Shown here: piece by piece, positions 38,666-50,800 of the stretch
Layout of the letters: every line of letters begins with the position of its first letter
Position numbering within the stretch: position 1 is the first letter of the stretch
DNA from: a bacterium
Lineage (GTDB): Bacteria > UBA8248
Length of the DNA stretch: 64,000 nucleotides
Reading direction: 5' to 3'
Assembly: GCA_965203325.1 (NCBI GenBank)
Contig: OZ241875.1
Location: 2,784,001-2,848,000 of the forward strand
Notes under the pieces: model-generated
What the model was told of the DNA's origin: nothing
The model's input: only the letters and a program-made list of their open reading frames with translations
Database searches by the model: none
Translations under genes and position numbers: made by a program

Positions 38666-40396
38666 CTATGGCGCTTCCATGCGGACGGTCACGATGTCCA
38701 CTCCGTGGTATTGCTGGTGGCGAACCGAAGCCGCGAGATCACGCAAAAGCCGGAGCGACACCTCCTGCTCGAGGTGGGCTTCTTCCGTCTGCTCGCCGAG
38801 AAGCGCGACCTGATCCTCGAGGTTCCCTCCCTCGCCTGCCGCGGCGATGAACTCCAGAACGGCTGCGCCGCCGTCTTTTTTCGCGAGCAATACCACCCGT
38901 CGTCCGCTTTGCTCCCCATCCTTGTCTGGCCCGATCAGCGTCAGTAAGACTTCCTCGCAGACGCCGCCCAGACGCCTCGCCATCCCCTCATCCCAGTTGT
39001 ACGTGGAGGCGAACTCGCCGAGAAACTCCCTGAGCTCCGGCAGGGACGAGGTGTCGAGCGCCGTTTCCATCCGGGCGGGGCGGGGTTCGGTGATCTCCAC
39101 GAACAGGGTCATGACGATGGCGACGAGGCCGCCGGCCGTCATCCCGTTGTTCATCAGGCCGCCCGCGAATTCCGAGAAAAACTCCGGGAAGACAACCCCG
39201 CTCTGAAAAGCCACGCCGAGCCAGAACGAGACGCCGACGATCAGGCTCTTGCGGTAGTCGATCCCGTCCTGAACGATCATCTGCACGCCGATCATGAAGA
39301 GGATCGCCATCATCACGACGAGATAGGCGGCGAAGACCGGTCCCGGTATCGCCAGCACCAGGGCGAGCGCTTTAGGCAAAAACGCCAGCGCCGCGAACAT
39401 CGCGCCTGCGGCGATCCCGACGTGGCGGGCGGCGACTCCGGTGAGCTGGGTCAGGGATGCGCCCGTCGTATAGGACGTGTTCGGCACCGTTCCCGCCAGG
39501 CCGGAGAGCAGGTTGCTCAGAGCGTCGGTTGCCACCGCGCCCTGCACCGCCCGGAAATCCACCGCCCGGGGCCGGCGCCAGGAGACGCGCTGAGCGGCGG
39601 CGGCGCTGCTGATCGTCCGGATGGCGCCGATGGTGGCCGCCAGCAGGAACCCGGGAAGAAGCGACCAGAAAAGCGGCCCGAAGCCGAGATCGAGGCCCGG
39701 CCATTCGACCGAAGGCAGTCCGGCCCAGGCGGCCTCCGCGACGCGGGCCGTGTCGTAAATGCCGAAAAAGACGGCGACGAGCGATCCAGCGAGAATGCCG
39801 ATAACAGGCGCCCAGAGGCGAAGCGAGCCCGACGCCTTGAGGGTGAGGCCGCAGATGACGAGCACGGTCGCCAGAGCGCTCAGCGGAGCGCCCGGGGCCG
39901 GGCTGCCCTCCGGCACGTCCTTGAGCAGATTGAGGACGGGCGACATCACCGAAACGGGAATCAGCATGAGCACCGTGCCCGAGACGGCCGGGGTCAGGAT
40001 CCGCCGGAACAGCAAGAGTCTATCGGATATGACGAACTGAAAGAGCGCCGAGACGACGACCAGGGTGGCAAAGGTAGCGGGTCCTCCCTCGGCGAGCGCC
40101 TGAATGGATACTGCGATGAAGGCCCCCGAACTGCCCATCATGAGCACATGACCCATCCCGAAACGCCCGAGACGGAGTGCCTGGAGCATCGTGGCCCCGC
40201 CTCCGATAACGACGGCGGCGAACACGGCCCACGAGAGATAGGCTTCGCCTTGGCCGGCGGCCCGCATCACGACCGTCGTGAGCAAAATCGTGGCGGATAC
40301 GCTGAGTGCGGTGAGCTGCAGACCCAGGCCGAGGGAGATGGCGAGCGGTGGTTTTTCGTCGGCCTGGTAGCGGAGGCCGGAATCGTTCGCACTCAT
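38666..40396 (-). CDS. NCS2 (xanthine/uracil) permease with extra C-terminal domain (SupE-like)
   Basis: GLQ, GSSGAF, PNTSY, TGVAAR, PK and AIPGPV motifs; about 140-aa soluble tail. Confidence 0.85.
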   Translation of the reverse strand: MSANDSGLRYQADEKPPLAISLGLGLQLTALSVSATILLTTVVMRAAGQGEAYLSWAVFAAVVIGGGATMLQALRLGRFGMGHVLMMGSSGAFIAVSIQALAEGGPATFATLVVVSALFQFVISDRLLLFRRILTPAVSGTVLMLIPVSVMSPVLNLLKDVPEGSPAPGAPLSALATVLVICGLTLKASGSLRLWAPVIGILAGSLVAVFFGIYDTARVAEAAWAGLPSVEWPGLDLGFGPLFWSLLPGFLLAATIGAIRTISSAAAAQRVSWRRPRAVDFRAVQGAVATDALSNLLSGLAGTVPNTSYTTGASLTQLTGVAARHVGIAAGAMFAALAFLPKALALVLAIPGPVFAAYLVVMMAILFMIGVQMIVQDGIDYRKSLIVGVSFWLGVAFQSGVVFPEFFSEFAGGLMNNGMTAGGLVAIVMTLFVEITEPRPARMETALDTSSLPELREFLGEFASTYNWDEGMARRLGGVCEEVLLTLIGPDKDGEQSGRRVVLLAKKDGGAAVLEFIAAAGEGGNLEDQVALLGEQTEEAHLEQEVSLRLLRDLAASVRHQQYHGVDIVTVRMEAP

Positions 40397-40656
40397 GGCG
40401 CAACCGATGTCCTGAAAACACCGAACGCCCGCTCGACGAAACGGAAACGGCGCAGCACTTGAAGAATTCTCGTTTGGTCAACTCGTTCGAAGGGATAGCC
40501 CGCACCATAATCCGTCATAGACAAATCCCTCGTATCGCGAGTGAATCCATGGCTGAAAGGAACTGTTGAACAACCCCTCAAACCGCCGTCTTCCATGCGA
40601 ATTTCATGGGCGGAGAGCGGTTCGGGTATTTCCCGGACTTTTTCCGAAATCGTCAT
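40393..40656 (-). pseudogene. Truncated alpha/beta hydrolase (SupD-like remnant)
   Basis: EIPEPLSAHEIRMEDG matches TIPKPVSTCEVRLDE of 37270..38169, after which similarity is lost. Confidence 0.6.
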
Positions 40657-41393
40657 CGAGCCCCCTCGTTCTCTCCTCGAATGAACGCCTGGTCCGATTC
40701 ATAAGCGATGGCGGCGGCGAAATTTTCGTTCCCCAGATTTTCGAGTCTCCACTCGACTTTCGGTATCCAGGGAAACTGGAACATGCCCTTTCTCGCGCCG
40801 CGCCGTATGGCCTGTGGCACCTCGAACCGGGACGGATCCAGGGAAAACCCCGTGCCCAGAGCCTTTATCAGCGCCTCCTTGAGCGTCCAGAGCGTGAAGA
40901 ACAAGTGAAACTTTTCTCGTCCATGCGTCACTGCGAAGTCGGCTTGTTCGTCCGGACCAAACACGAACTCGCTAATCCCGTCGAGATCGAGGCGGTCGAC
41001 GCGTTCTTCCACGTCCACGCCGAGCCGTCCTCGAGGCGCAAGCGCAACCAGTCCATGTTTGCCGCTGTGAGATACGTTGAAGCTGACGGGAGCCGCTATC
41101 CCGTCCACAAGTGCGAACGGCTTTCCGTGTTCGGAAGCGCCGAACGCGAGTCGTTCGTTCCCGCAACCGAGCCGGCAGCAGAGAATGGAGCGCAACGCCG
41201 CGCGGCACAAGGCGAATTCACGCTTGGGGCGTTCATATTTATATCGCCGCCATCGTGACCGCTCTTCCTCATCTAGCCACGTCAAAGCGTACGCCTCGCG
41301 CTCCTCATGGGGTGTCAGGTCGACATGTATGACGAGAATATCGTCTATTTCACGGAACGTGTGAAACCAGGAATCGACAACCTCAGCAGCCAT
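40653..41393 (-). CDS. Sfp-type 4'-phosphopantetheinyl transferase (SupC-like)
   Basis: GKP, FNVSHS, GVDVE, WTLKEALIKALG. Confidence 0.92.
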   Translation of the reverse strand: MAAEVVDSWFHTFREIDDILVIHVDLTPHEEREAYALTWLDEEERSRWRRYKYERPKREFALCRAALRSILCCRLGCGNERLAFGASEHGKPFALVDGIAAPVSFNVSHSGKHGLVALAPRGRLGVDVEERVDRLDLDGISEFVFGPDEQADFAVTHGREKFHLFFTLWTLKEALIKALGTGFSLDPSRFEVPQAIRRGARKGMFQFPWIPKVEWRLENLGNENFAAAIAYESDQAFIRGENEGAR

Positions 41394-41449
41394 AGAAACC
41401 AGTCTTTCCGCGAGTGTGGGAGTCGCCGCCTGTGCGCCTTGAAACCAGA

Positions 41450-41471
41450 GGCCAGTCCTGCAGGACTGGCC
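41450..41471. repeat. Perfect 22-bp palindrome between the ACP and PPTase genes
   Basis: GGCCAGTCCTGCAGGACTGGCC. Confidence 0.7.
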
Positions 41472-41577
41472 CCGGCTCCAAAACGAAACTTGTTGTTTAA
41501 TTTCCTGAAAATCGGTGTTCCTGTCTGAAATTTATTACAACTTTCTGATTCCGGGACTGCGCTCAACTACGTTGGCT

Positions 41578-41799
41578 TCAACTACCCAGATAGTTGATCA
41601 AGTCCCTCAAAGTTCTGAAGTCTCTGGCAATTTCTTGTGTAATTTCGACCTCGAATTCCCGATCGACGACCTTGAGAAAGTTCACGGCATCCACCGAGTT
41701 CACGCCGATTTCGCCTAAGTCCGCGTCCAGCATCGCCCGATCCGAGATGCCCAAATGTTTTTCCACAAGGTCTCCCATACGTTCTTCGACACTTGCCAT
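41578..41799 (-). CDS. Free-standing acyl carrier protein (SupB-like)
   Basis: LGEIGVNSVDAV, REFEV, TLRDLI; directly downstream of the PKS. Confidence 0.85.
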   Translation of the reverse strand: MASVEERMGDLVEKHLGISDRAMLDADLGEIGVNSVDAVNFLKVVDREFEVEITQEIARDFRTLRDLINYLGS

Positions 41800-41887
41800 C
41801 GTCACGCTGTCTCCCATTTGAAAAATGTCAGAGCGGTGATTAAAACTATAGTGAAATCATAACTTTCCCGATATAGTTGTCAAGCAT

Positions 41888-44800
41888 TCAAGGTGCCTCG
41901 AACCAGAAGCGACGGCGTTGGAACGGGTAGCCCGGCAGCGAAATCCGCCGCCTCTCCTCTCCGGCGAACAGCCCGGCGAAGTCGAGCGTGAGTCCCGCCT
42001 CATACGTCCGCGCAACCGCCTCGACAAACCCGACGCCTCTCTCAGACGTCCGGTTCAGGCTCGAAAGCACCACAGGCGGCGCGGCGCCGTTTTCGCTGGC
42101 TCCTGCGTCGCCTGAAAGATCGGGCCAGGCCGAGAGCACCTGCGGGACGAACGCTGCATCCGGCCCGATCTCCACGACGACCTCTACGCCCGATTCCGCG
42201 AGCGTCTTGGCGCATCCTTCGAACGCCGCCGGTTCGCTCGCCTGTCGTCGCCAATATGCCCCATCCATGGTTTCACCCGAGTTGAGGGCCCGGCCCGTCA
42301 CCTGATTCACCAGCGTGAGCGAGGGCAGCGCCGTCACGACGCCCTCGAGCGCCGTTTCCAGATCGTACAGGGCCGCCTCGGCTCCTTCTTCTCTCGAGAC
42401 CGCCTCCATCAGCGCGCCGCGCCGCGCCGCGAAACGCAAGCCCTCCTCCAGCGTGAACACGCCCGCCGCATGCGCCGCCGCTATTTCTCCGGCTCTTGCG
42501 CCGAACACCACGTTCGGTCGAATCCCGATGCTCGACCAAAGCGCCGTGAGTGCGCACTCGAGCGCAAAAGCCGCAGGCTGCGCCCACGCCGGGTCGTCCA
42601 GTTCTCCTTCGCGGTCGAACATCACATCCAGCAGCGAAGCGCCGCGCTCCACCCGGAGCACTTCGTCGCAGCGGTCCAGCACCGCCCGCGCCACCGGCTC
42701 GCTCTCGTAGAGTTCTTGCCCCATGCCGGTCCGTATATCGTCCTCTCCGGCGTAGGCGAAGGCCACCCTCGCCGCCGTCTGCGGCTTCGGCAACTCGTCT
42801 GACTCCGCAAGCGCTCCCAATCCTTCCCGCAGCGACGCGGCGTCCTCGAAGGCGACCCCCGCGCGATGCGCGAAATGACTCCGCCCCACGGCCGCCGTCC
42901 ACGCCATGTCGGAAAGGAGCGGCTCTGCGGCCGCGCCCTCTGCGGAAAGTTCTCCAGCGCACTCATCCAGCCAGGAGAGATACCGCTCCGCCGACTCTCG
43001 AAGCGCATCGCCCGATTTGCCCGATAGGGGCAGCAAACGCGTCCGGCGCGGGCGCAACCCCTCCGCCGCCTGAGACTTCGGGACCGAATCCGGCAGCGTT
43101 ACGGAGACGGGCTGCGCGGAACCTGCGGGGGAACCTCGCCCGGCCTCTGCGACTGAATCTTCCTCCGGCGCGCCGTAGCCCTCCACCAGGACGTGCGCGT
43201 TCGTGCCCGAAAGCGCAAAAGCGCTCACCCCCGCCCGGCGCGGACGATCGGATACGAGCGGCCAGGCCGTCGCCTCGGACGTCACCCGCACCGGAAGCGC
43301 ATCCCAATCCATGTGCGGGTTCGGATCATCGAAATGCAGGTGCTTGGGAATGACCCCATGCTTCATCGCCAGCAACACCTTGATCAGGCCGGCGATCCCC
43401 GCCGCCGACTCCAGGTGGCCGATGTTCGTCTTCACCGTGCCGAGCAGGAGAGGACGGTCCGGAGCGCGGTCGCGCCCGTACACCGCCGCCGACGCGCGCA
43501 CCTCGATGGGGTCGCCCAATTGCGACCCCGTCGCGTGTACTTCCAGATAATCCACCTCCGAGGGCGAAAAGCCGGACCGGGAAAGCGCATCCTCGAGCAC
43601 CTGTTCCTGAGCCGTGCCGTTCGGCACCGTCAGCGCGGCGCTCGCGCCGTTCTGGTTCACCGCCGAGCCCTGCACCAGACCCCAGATGCGGTCGCCGTCC
43701 GTCTCTGCGTCGCTCAGCCGCTTCATGACCACCATCCCGCAGCCTTCACCCCGCACGTAGCCGTCCGCGTCCGCATCGAAGGTCCGGCACCGACCGCTCG
43801 GCGACAACATCCCGAACTCCGCCATGAATTTCGAAACCGGAGGCGAGAGCACCGCGTGCACGCCTCCGGCGAGCGCCAGGTCTACCTCGCCCTCCCGAAG
43901 GGCTGCGGCCGCCTGGTGAACCGCCACCAGCGACGACGCGCAGGTCATGTCCAGCGGCACCGCCGGTCCCATCAGACCAAATGCAAAGGCGATCCGCCCG
44001 ATGGCCACGCTCGGCGCGTTGCCGATATGGCTGTCATCCAGGCCGCCGGCCACGACGAGGTCGCGGTACTCGCTGACGCCCAATCCGACATACGCACCGG
44101 TGCGAGTACCCTTGAGCGGCGCGGGGTCGATGCCTGCGTCCTCGAGCACCTGCCAGGTCGTCTCGAGCAACAGTCTTTGGCGCGGGTCCATCAAGCGCGC
44201 CTCGATCGGCCTGATGCCGAAAAACTTCGCGTCGAACTGGTCGATTCCTTCGATGAACCCGCCTTGCCGGTAGAAGTCTTTTTCGGCGGCGGGATCTCCG
44301 GCAACGCCGCCCCAGGGGCCGGTGCCCCGCCGACCGTCCGTCACCGCGTCGACGCCCGCTTCGAGCAGACGCCAGAAGGCGGCGATATCCGGCGCGCCCG
44401 GAAAGCGGCACGCCATGCCGACGACGGCAATCTGCTCCTCCTCGCGCCGCACCGCCGGCCGCCGCTCCGGTTCGGGTTGCGCCTGCGGGGCGGGCGCGGG
44501 TCCGACGTCACCGAGTTCTTCGGCCAGATGACGGGCGAGCACCGCGATGTCGGGATAGTCGAACACCACCGTGTTCGGGGCCGTGTAGGCGTCCGCGAAC
44601 GCGCGGTTCAGCCGGTTGCGGAGTTCCACGGCCATGAGCGAGTCCATGCCCAGATCGAAAAATCCCACCGTGGGCTCGGGCGCGCTCGGCAGCCGCAGCA
44701 CCGCCTGCAGTTCCTGCTGCAGGAACGAAACCAGCAGGCTCTCGCGCTCCGCAGCGGGCGTCTCCCCCAGACGGGCTATCAGGTCGTCCGCCAAGGCAGG

Positions 44801-47800
44801 GGAGTCGTCCTCTGCGTCTTGAGCGCGGGAAAGCAGGTCTTCGAAAAACGGGGGAATGTTATCCAGGGTCTTTTCGAAAACAGACCAATCCCTCGCCAGC
44901 ACCATGGAATTCGCGGCGTCCTCGCGGACCAGCCGGTCGAATGCCCTGAGTCCCTGCTGCGGTGTCATCCAGTCGATTCCGGTCGCCGTGATGCTTTGGG
45001 AGATCCGCTCCCGCTGTTCCGCCGCTTCGCCGATTTCCGACCACGCGCCCCAGGCGATGGCCTGTCCCGGGAGTCCCAACGCGCGCCGGTGCGCGGCAAG
45101 TTGATCCAGGAACGCGTTGGCCGCCGAGTGGTTCGACTGGCCCGGATTGCCGAGCACGCCGGCCGCGCTCGAGAAGAGGACGAACATGTCCAGATCGCGA
45201 TCCTCCGTCGCGCGGTGCAGATGCCACGCGCCCAGCACCTTCGGCCACAGCACCCCCTCGAACCGCTCCCAGCTCTGGTTCCCGAGCGCGCCGTCAGAAA
45301 GCACCCCCACGCTGTGGATCACGCCGCCCAAAGGCGGCAAATCCGCATCCATCCGCGCCAGCATTTCGTCCACCGCGTCCGGGTCCGTCACGTCCGCGAG
45401 TTCCACCCGGACCGTGAACCCGCGCTTTCGCAACGATTCAACCGCTTCTTCGACCTCGGGGTCCGGGGGCCGCCGCCCATTGAGCACGATAGCTCCGGCC
45501 CCCCGGTCCGCCAGCCAATCGGCCACGGCGCACCCGATGCCGCCCAGACCGCCGGTGACGAGGTAGGTCCTGTCCTCCCGCAACCGCCCCCTGGTGAGCG
45601 GTGAGTTCGTAAAGACGATCTTCCCGATGTGGCGTCCGTCGCGCATGAACTCGACGGCCCGCCGCGCCTCGGCCAGCGGCCACCTGGTGTGGATGAGCGG
45701 CGTCAGTTCTCCCGCCGCCAGCCGCGCCATGATGCCTTTGAGCAGCGCTCCCGGCCGCTCCGGCTCATCATCTTTCATGGCGTCGAGCTTCACGATGTGA
45801 TAGGTCACGTCCGGCCGTACGGCCGCCATCTCTTCTTCGCTCAGAATGTCGCGCGCTGCCAGTTCCACGAAACGGCCGCCTTGCGCCAGACACGACAGGC
45901 TCGCGTCGATGAAGCCCTCCGCCGTCAGGCTGTTCAGGATCAGGTCGACGCCTTCGCCGCCCGTGGCCTCGAGTATCTCCTCCCCGAATTTCGTCTGGCG
46001 GCTGTCGAACACGTGCGCCACGCCGAGCGAGCGGAGATACGCCTGTTTCGGCGCGCTCGCGGTTGCGAACACTTCCGCTCCCGCCGCCTGCGCCAACTGG
46101 ATGGCTGCCAGACCCACGCCGCCCGCGCCTGCGTGAATCAGCACCCGATCACCTGCTTTCAGCCCCGCGAGTTCGTAAGAGAGCGCTGCGGACAAGAACA
46201 CCGTCGGCATCGTGGCGAGCGCCGCGGCCGGCAAATCCGCCGGAGCGGGCGCCACCAACTCCTCATGCGTCACGGACTCCGGGCCGAACATGCCGCGCGC
46301 GCCGCGCTTCACGCCGACCACGCGGTCGCCCACCGAAACGCTCGACACCTCGGAGCCGACTTCGAGGATATGGCCGCACATCTCCGTGCCCAGGAATTTT
46401 TCGTCAATCAGACCGAGCGCCGCGAACACGTCCCAGAAGTTGAGCCCCGCGGCCTCGACCGCCACGCGGACTTCTCTCGGCTCAAGCGGCGGCGACTCCG
46501 CCTGCAGCCCACTGAGCGCGCCGTCTTCGTCGACCCCGAGCAGCCAGTCCGGCTCTTCGGGCAAGGTCAGCCGCTCCGCCCCCTCGCCGGCCCGGACAAG
46601 GCGGGCGACGCGGCGCCTGTTGCCGCGGTGGACGATCTGGTTTTCCGTATCGGGGTAGAGCAGTTCATTGGCGAGATCCACCGGCGGCGCCGTCGGCTCG
46701 GGGTCCAGATCGAGCATCTTCGGCTGCATTTGGGATGTTTCCCGGGCCAAAGCCTTACCGAACCCCCACAGCACCGCACCGGCAAGCTCTCCGCCGCGTT
46801 CGCGCTCCAGCACCTGCGCGCCCCGCGTGAGGAACCAGAATCCCTTCCCGGGCGCCGCATCGGCGTCGGACATGGCTTGCGCCAGCGCCAGTGCGCTCGC
46901 GCCCACCCGTTTCACGTCCTCCGCCATCTCCGCCGTCGTCGCACCCGGCCCGTGGCCGTCGAGTGCGGCGAGATGCACGACGCCGCTGAGCGGCGGATCT
47001 TCGGGCAGGCCCTCCAGCAGCGCGCCCCAGGATTCGCGGCTATCCATCTCAAGAGTCGTATGGATGACTCCGGATTTTTCATCCGCCGGACCCCCGTCCG
47101 CCGAACCCGCCTCGCTCGCCAGCACGACCGTCTGGTTGCGCGACGCCAACTCCTCCGCCAGTTCCTCGGCCGCACCGCCGCGGTCCGCCGCCAGAACCCA
47201 AGCACCTGGACGCTCGGCCACCTCCTCGGACAGCTGCGCCAGAATCACGCCCCTGTCCGGCATCTCGACGGAGTCACCCCAGCCCAGCCCGAGAATCTCC
47301 ACGCCCTCGAAACCCGCGGCATCGAGGGACTGCCGCCATACGTCCGGCCCCGCCAGGGCGTAGGTGGGGCGGCAATCGTCGGAGAACCGCCACCAGCCGT
47401 CCAGTTGCCCGAAAGTCATATCCAGCCAGTCCTGGCCGCAAAGGTTCTCGAGCGCCACGAGGTGCCCCGAGGGCGCGAGAAGACTCCTGCAGTGCGTCAG
47501 CGTCTCCTCCAGGTAGCGCGTGGCGTGCAGCACGTTGGACGCGATCACCAAGTCATAGCCGTGGGAGTCGAAGCCCTGCTCCACCGGGTCTTTTTCGATG
47601 TCCAGCACCCGGTACTCGATGCAGCCGCCGCCGTCGCCGAACAGCCCCTCCGCCTGCGCGAAGAAGCCCGCCGAGATGTCCGTGTAGGTGTAGTCGAACC
47701 GTCCTTCGGGAAGCTCGGGCAGGACGGATTCGGTCGCCGACCCTGTGCCCGCCCCGACCTCGATCACCCGCAGGCGCCGTCCATCGGGCAAGCCGGCCAC

Positions 47801-50800
47801 TAGGGTGCGTATCGCGTCTCTCAGCATCAGATTCGCCGCCCGCCACACCGGCGCTTTGAAGTAGAGGTCCGCGGCGCTGGGCTCTCCACTGCCGAACAGG
47901 AGCGAGAGCGGATCCTCCTCGCCGCGAAGCACTTCCGCCAGGGCGCCCGCGCTTCTGCGGAACAGCCCGATCTCGTTGGAAGCATAAGCGTATCGCTCGA
48001 TCACCCCGGCCGCGAACTCCTCGGGATCCCCCGGCATGCCTTCCGGCAAGGGCTCTCCGGCCCCTACAGCGACGAGGAAACCTTCGCCCTCCGACTTAAG
48101 AACGCCCACCCTCTCCAATAACTCGAGCATCCGGCGGAACAGTTGGCTGTGTTGATCTTGCACCCCCAGGCGCTCCCGCAAATCTTCCGAATCCACGGCC
48201 TCACCCGCCTTCCGCTCCCATCCGAGTTTCTCCAGGGCCGCGAGCGCAAAATGCCGCGCCATGCACGAGAGGTCCGCCAGCACGGCGGGCCTCATTTCGG
48301 CATCGACTCCTTCCGCCGCCAGATAGCTGGAGAACGGCTCCCATCGCTCCGCGACCTCCACCGGACTCGGGAGGAAATCCGCAGGCTGTATTCCCGGCGG
48401 CAGGGCGCTATCGCGCCACACGACCTCGTAGAGAAGGTCGTCCAGCCCTTCCACCGCAGAGAGCAGCGCCGCCCGCGTCGCGCGCTTCACCATGAACCCG
48501 CTCAACTCGCCGATCAGCGTCCCGTTCTCGTCGCAGAGAAGAAAATCCGCGACGAAGACCTCCTGCGATCCGCCCGTTTCGGCGTCCGGTTCCTGGCTCT
48601 TCGGAGCCTCCCGCATGCGCACGTGGCAGAGAAGCCTGTCCGGCAGCTTCTCCGCCAGCCACAGCCGCTCCCAGCCGAACGGCAGGTAGGTGATCCCGTC
48701 CTCGGCCCCGCCCGGATTGCGCGCCGCCCCCATCACCTGAGAGCAGCCGTCGAGCAGGAGCGGGTGCACGTCGAGGGCGTTTTCGCCTAAAGCCTCAGGC
48801 CAGCACACCTCGCCCAGCGCCTCGCCCGCCCGGGACCAGACCGACCCCAGTGTACGGAAAGACGGGCCGAGATCGATTCCCACGGCCGCCTTGGCGCGGT
48901 AATACGCCGGCACGTCCTCGGGCGAAAGAGCGGCTTTCAGGCTTTCCAAATCTATCTGCTCCGCGGATTGCCGTCCGCCCGCTTCTGAGGGCGCGCGGCA
49001 CTCCGCGTGCAGCGTCCAGCCCTCCTCGGCCTCTCCTTTGCTGAATATCCGGACGAGGCGCGAGGGCTCCTCCCCCGGCGCCTCGAGCAGAACCTGTACT
49101 TCCCGACCGTCGCCGCCGTTCTCTGAATCTTCTTCCCCGAAGATCAGCGCGTTGTGGAACTGCATCTCCTCGATGAGCATCGTCCCGCTTCCCTCGGCGG
49201 TGGACGCCGATATCGCCATCGCTCCGTAGAGCGCACCCGGCGCGATGACCCGGCCGAACACCCGGTGATCGTTCATCCACGCCGGATCAGACGGCAGCAC
49301 TTCGGTCTCGAAGGTGATCTCGCCGCCGGCGGACTCATGCCTCTCGCCCAAAAGCGGATGGCCTGCACTCTGCCGCCGCCGCTTCGGTCCCTCGACCCAG
49401 TAGCGTTCGCGCTGGAACGGATAGCCAGGGAGCGAGATGCGACGCCGGGTCTCCCCTGCGAACAATCCCTCGAAGGAAAGATCGACTCCGGCTTCATAGG
49501 CCCCAGCCACAGCGCTCATGAAGCCCGCTTCGAGCTCGTCCGCCGGTTTCTCCTCGTCTTGCGATGGTCTTTGCAGGCTCGACAATACGAGAGGAGCCTC
49601 GATGCCCACACCTGCGGCATCCGCACCTTCATCCGGACCCGGCCAGGTGAGAGACAGCATCGGGCCAAGCACCGCGTGCGGACCGACTTCCACCACCAGG
49701 TCGACGCCCAGATTCGCCAGCGCCCGGACGCCGAGGTCGAACGCCACCGCCTCGCGGGCATGCCGGCGCCAGTACGCTCCGCCGAGTATCTCGTCCGGTT
49801 CCACCACCCGGCCCGTCACGTTGCTCACCAGAGTCGTGAGCGAGGGCGGCGCAATCTCGATTCCTCCAAAAAGTTCTTCCAGCGCATCCAGAGCAGGCTC
49901 CACGAGGGGGCTGTGGAACGCCTGGCTCGTGTGGATCGGTCTCACCCGGACTTCTTCCGATTCGAAGCGCTCCGAGACCGCCTCGACCGCGGAGACCTGG
50001 CCGCTCAACACCTGGTGCGCCCCGTTTCTCGCCGCAATCGCAAGCCTCTCGCTCCCGGCCGCCTCGTTGTATTCACGCACCGCCGCTTCCACTCTTGTGT
50101 AGGGAGCGAAGACGGCCGCCATCGTCCCGGCTTCCGGGACTGATGAGAGTATCTCGCTCCGCCCCATGACGGCCCGCATCCCGTCTTCGAGCCCGAACAC
50201 GCCCGCCGTATGCGCCGCCCCGAACTCCCCGACGCTGTGGCCCACCACCACGTCCGGGCGAACCTCGAGGCTCGCCCAAAGCGCCGTAACCGCGCACTCG
50301 AGCGCGTAGATGGCCGGCTGCGCCCAGACCGTGTCGTAGAGGTCTCCCCCGCCGCGTCCGAACATCACGTCCAGAAGCGAGGCGCCTCTCTCCGCGCGAA
50401 CGACTTCTTCACAGCGAGCGAGAACCGCCCGCGCCACAGGTTCCGTCTCGTACAGGTCCCGCCCCATGCCGACCCACTGGCTTCCCTGCCCGGTGAAGAG
50501 GAAAGCGACCTTGGTCGTCGTTCGCGCCTCCGGCGCTTCAGCTCCTTCGGCCAGGGCGCTCAATCGCTCCCGTAGCCGCTTGGCGTCGCCGAAGAGGAGT
50601 CCCGCGCGGTGCGTGAAATGGCTCCGCCCCACGCCGGCCGTCCACGCCATGTCCGAGAGCAGCGGCTCCGAGGCGGCGCTTTGGGAAGCGAGTTCTTCGC
50701 CGCGCCCATCGAGCCAGGAGAGATACCGCCCGGCTAGGTCCCGAAGCGCGCCCTCGGACTTTCCCGAGAGCGGAAGGAGCCTTGTCTCGCGCTCGATGTG

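Noticed and set aside
43193..47803. Long plus-strand ORFs (803 and 724 aa) opposite the PKS
   Set aside because: Antisense shadows of high-GC coding sequence; Arg/Pro-rich with no motifs.
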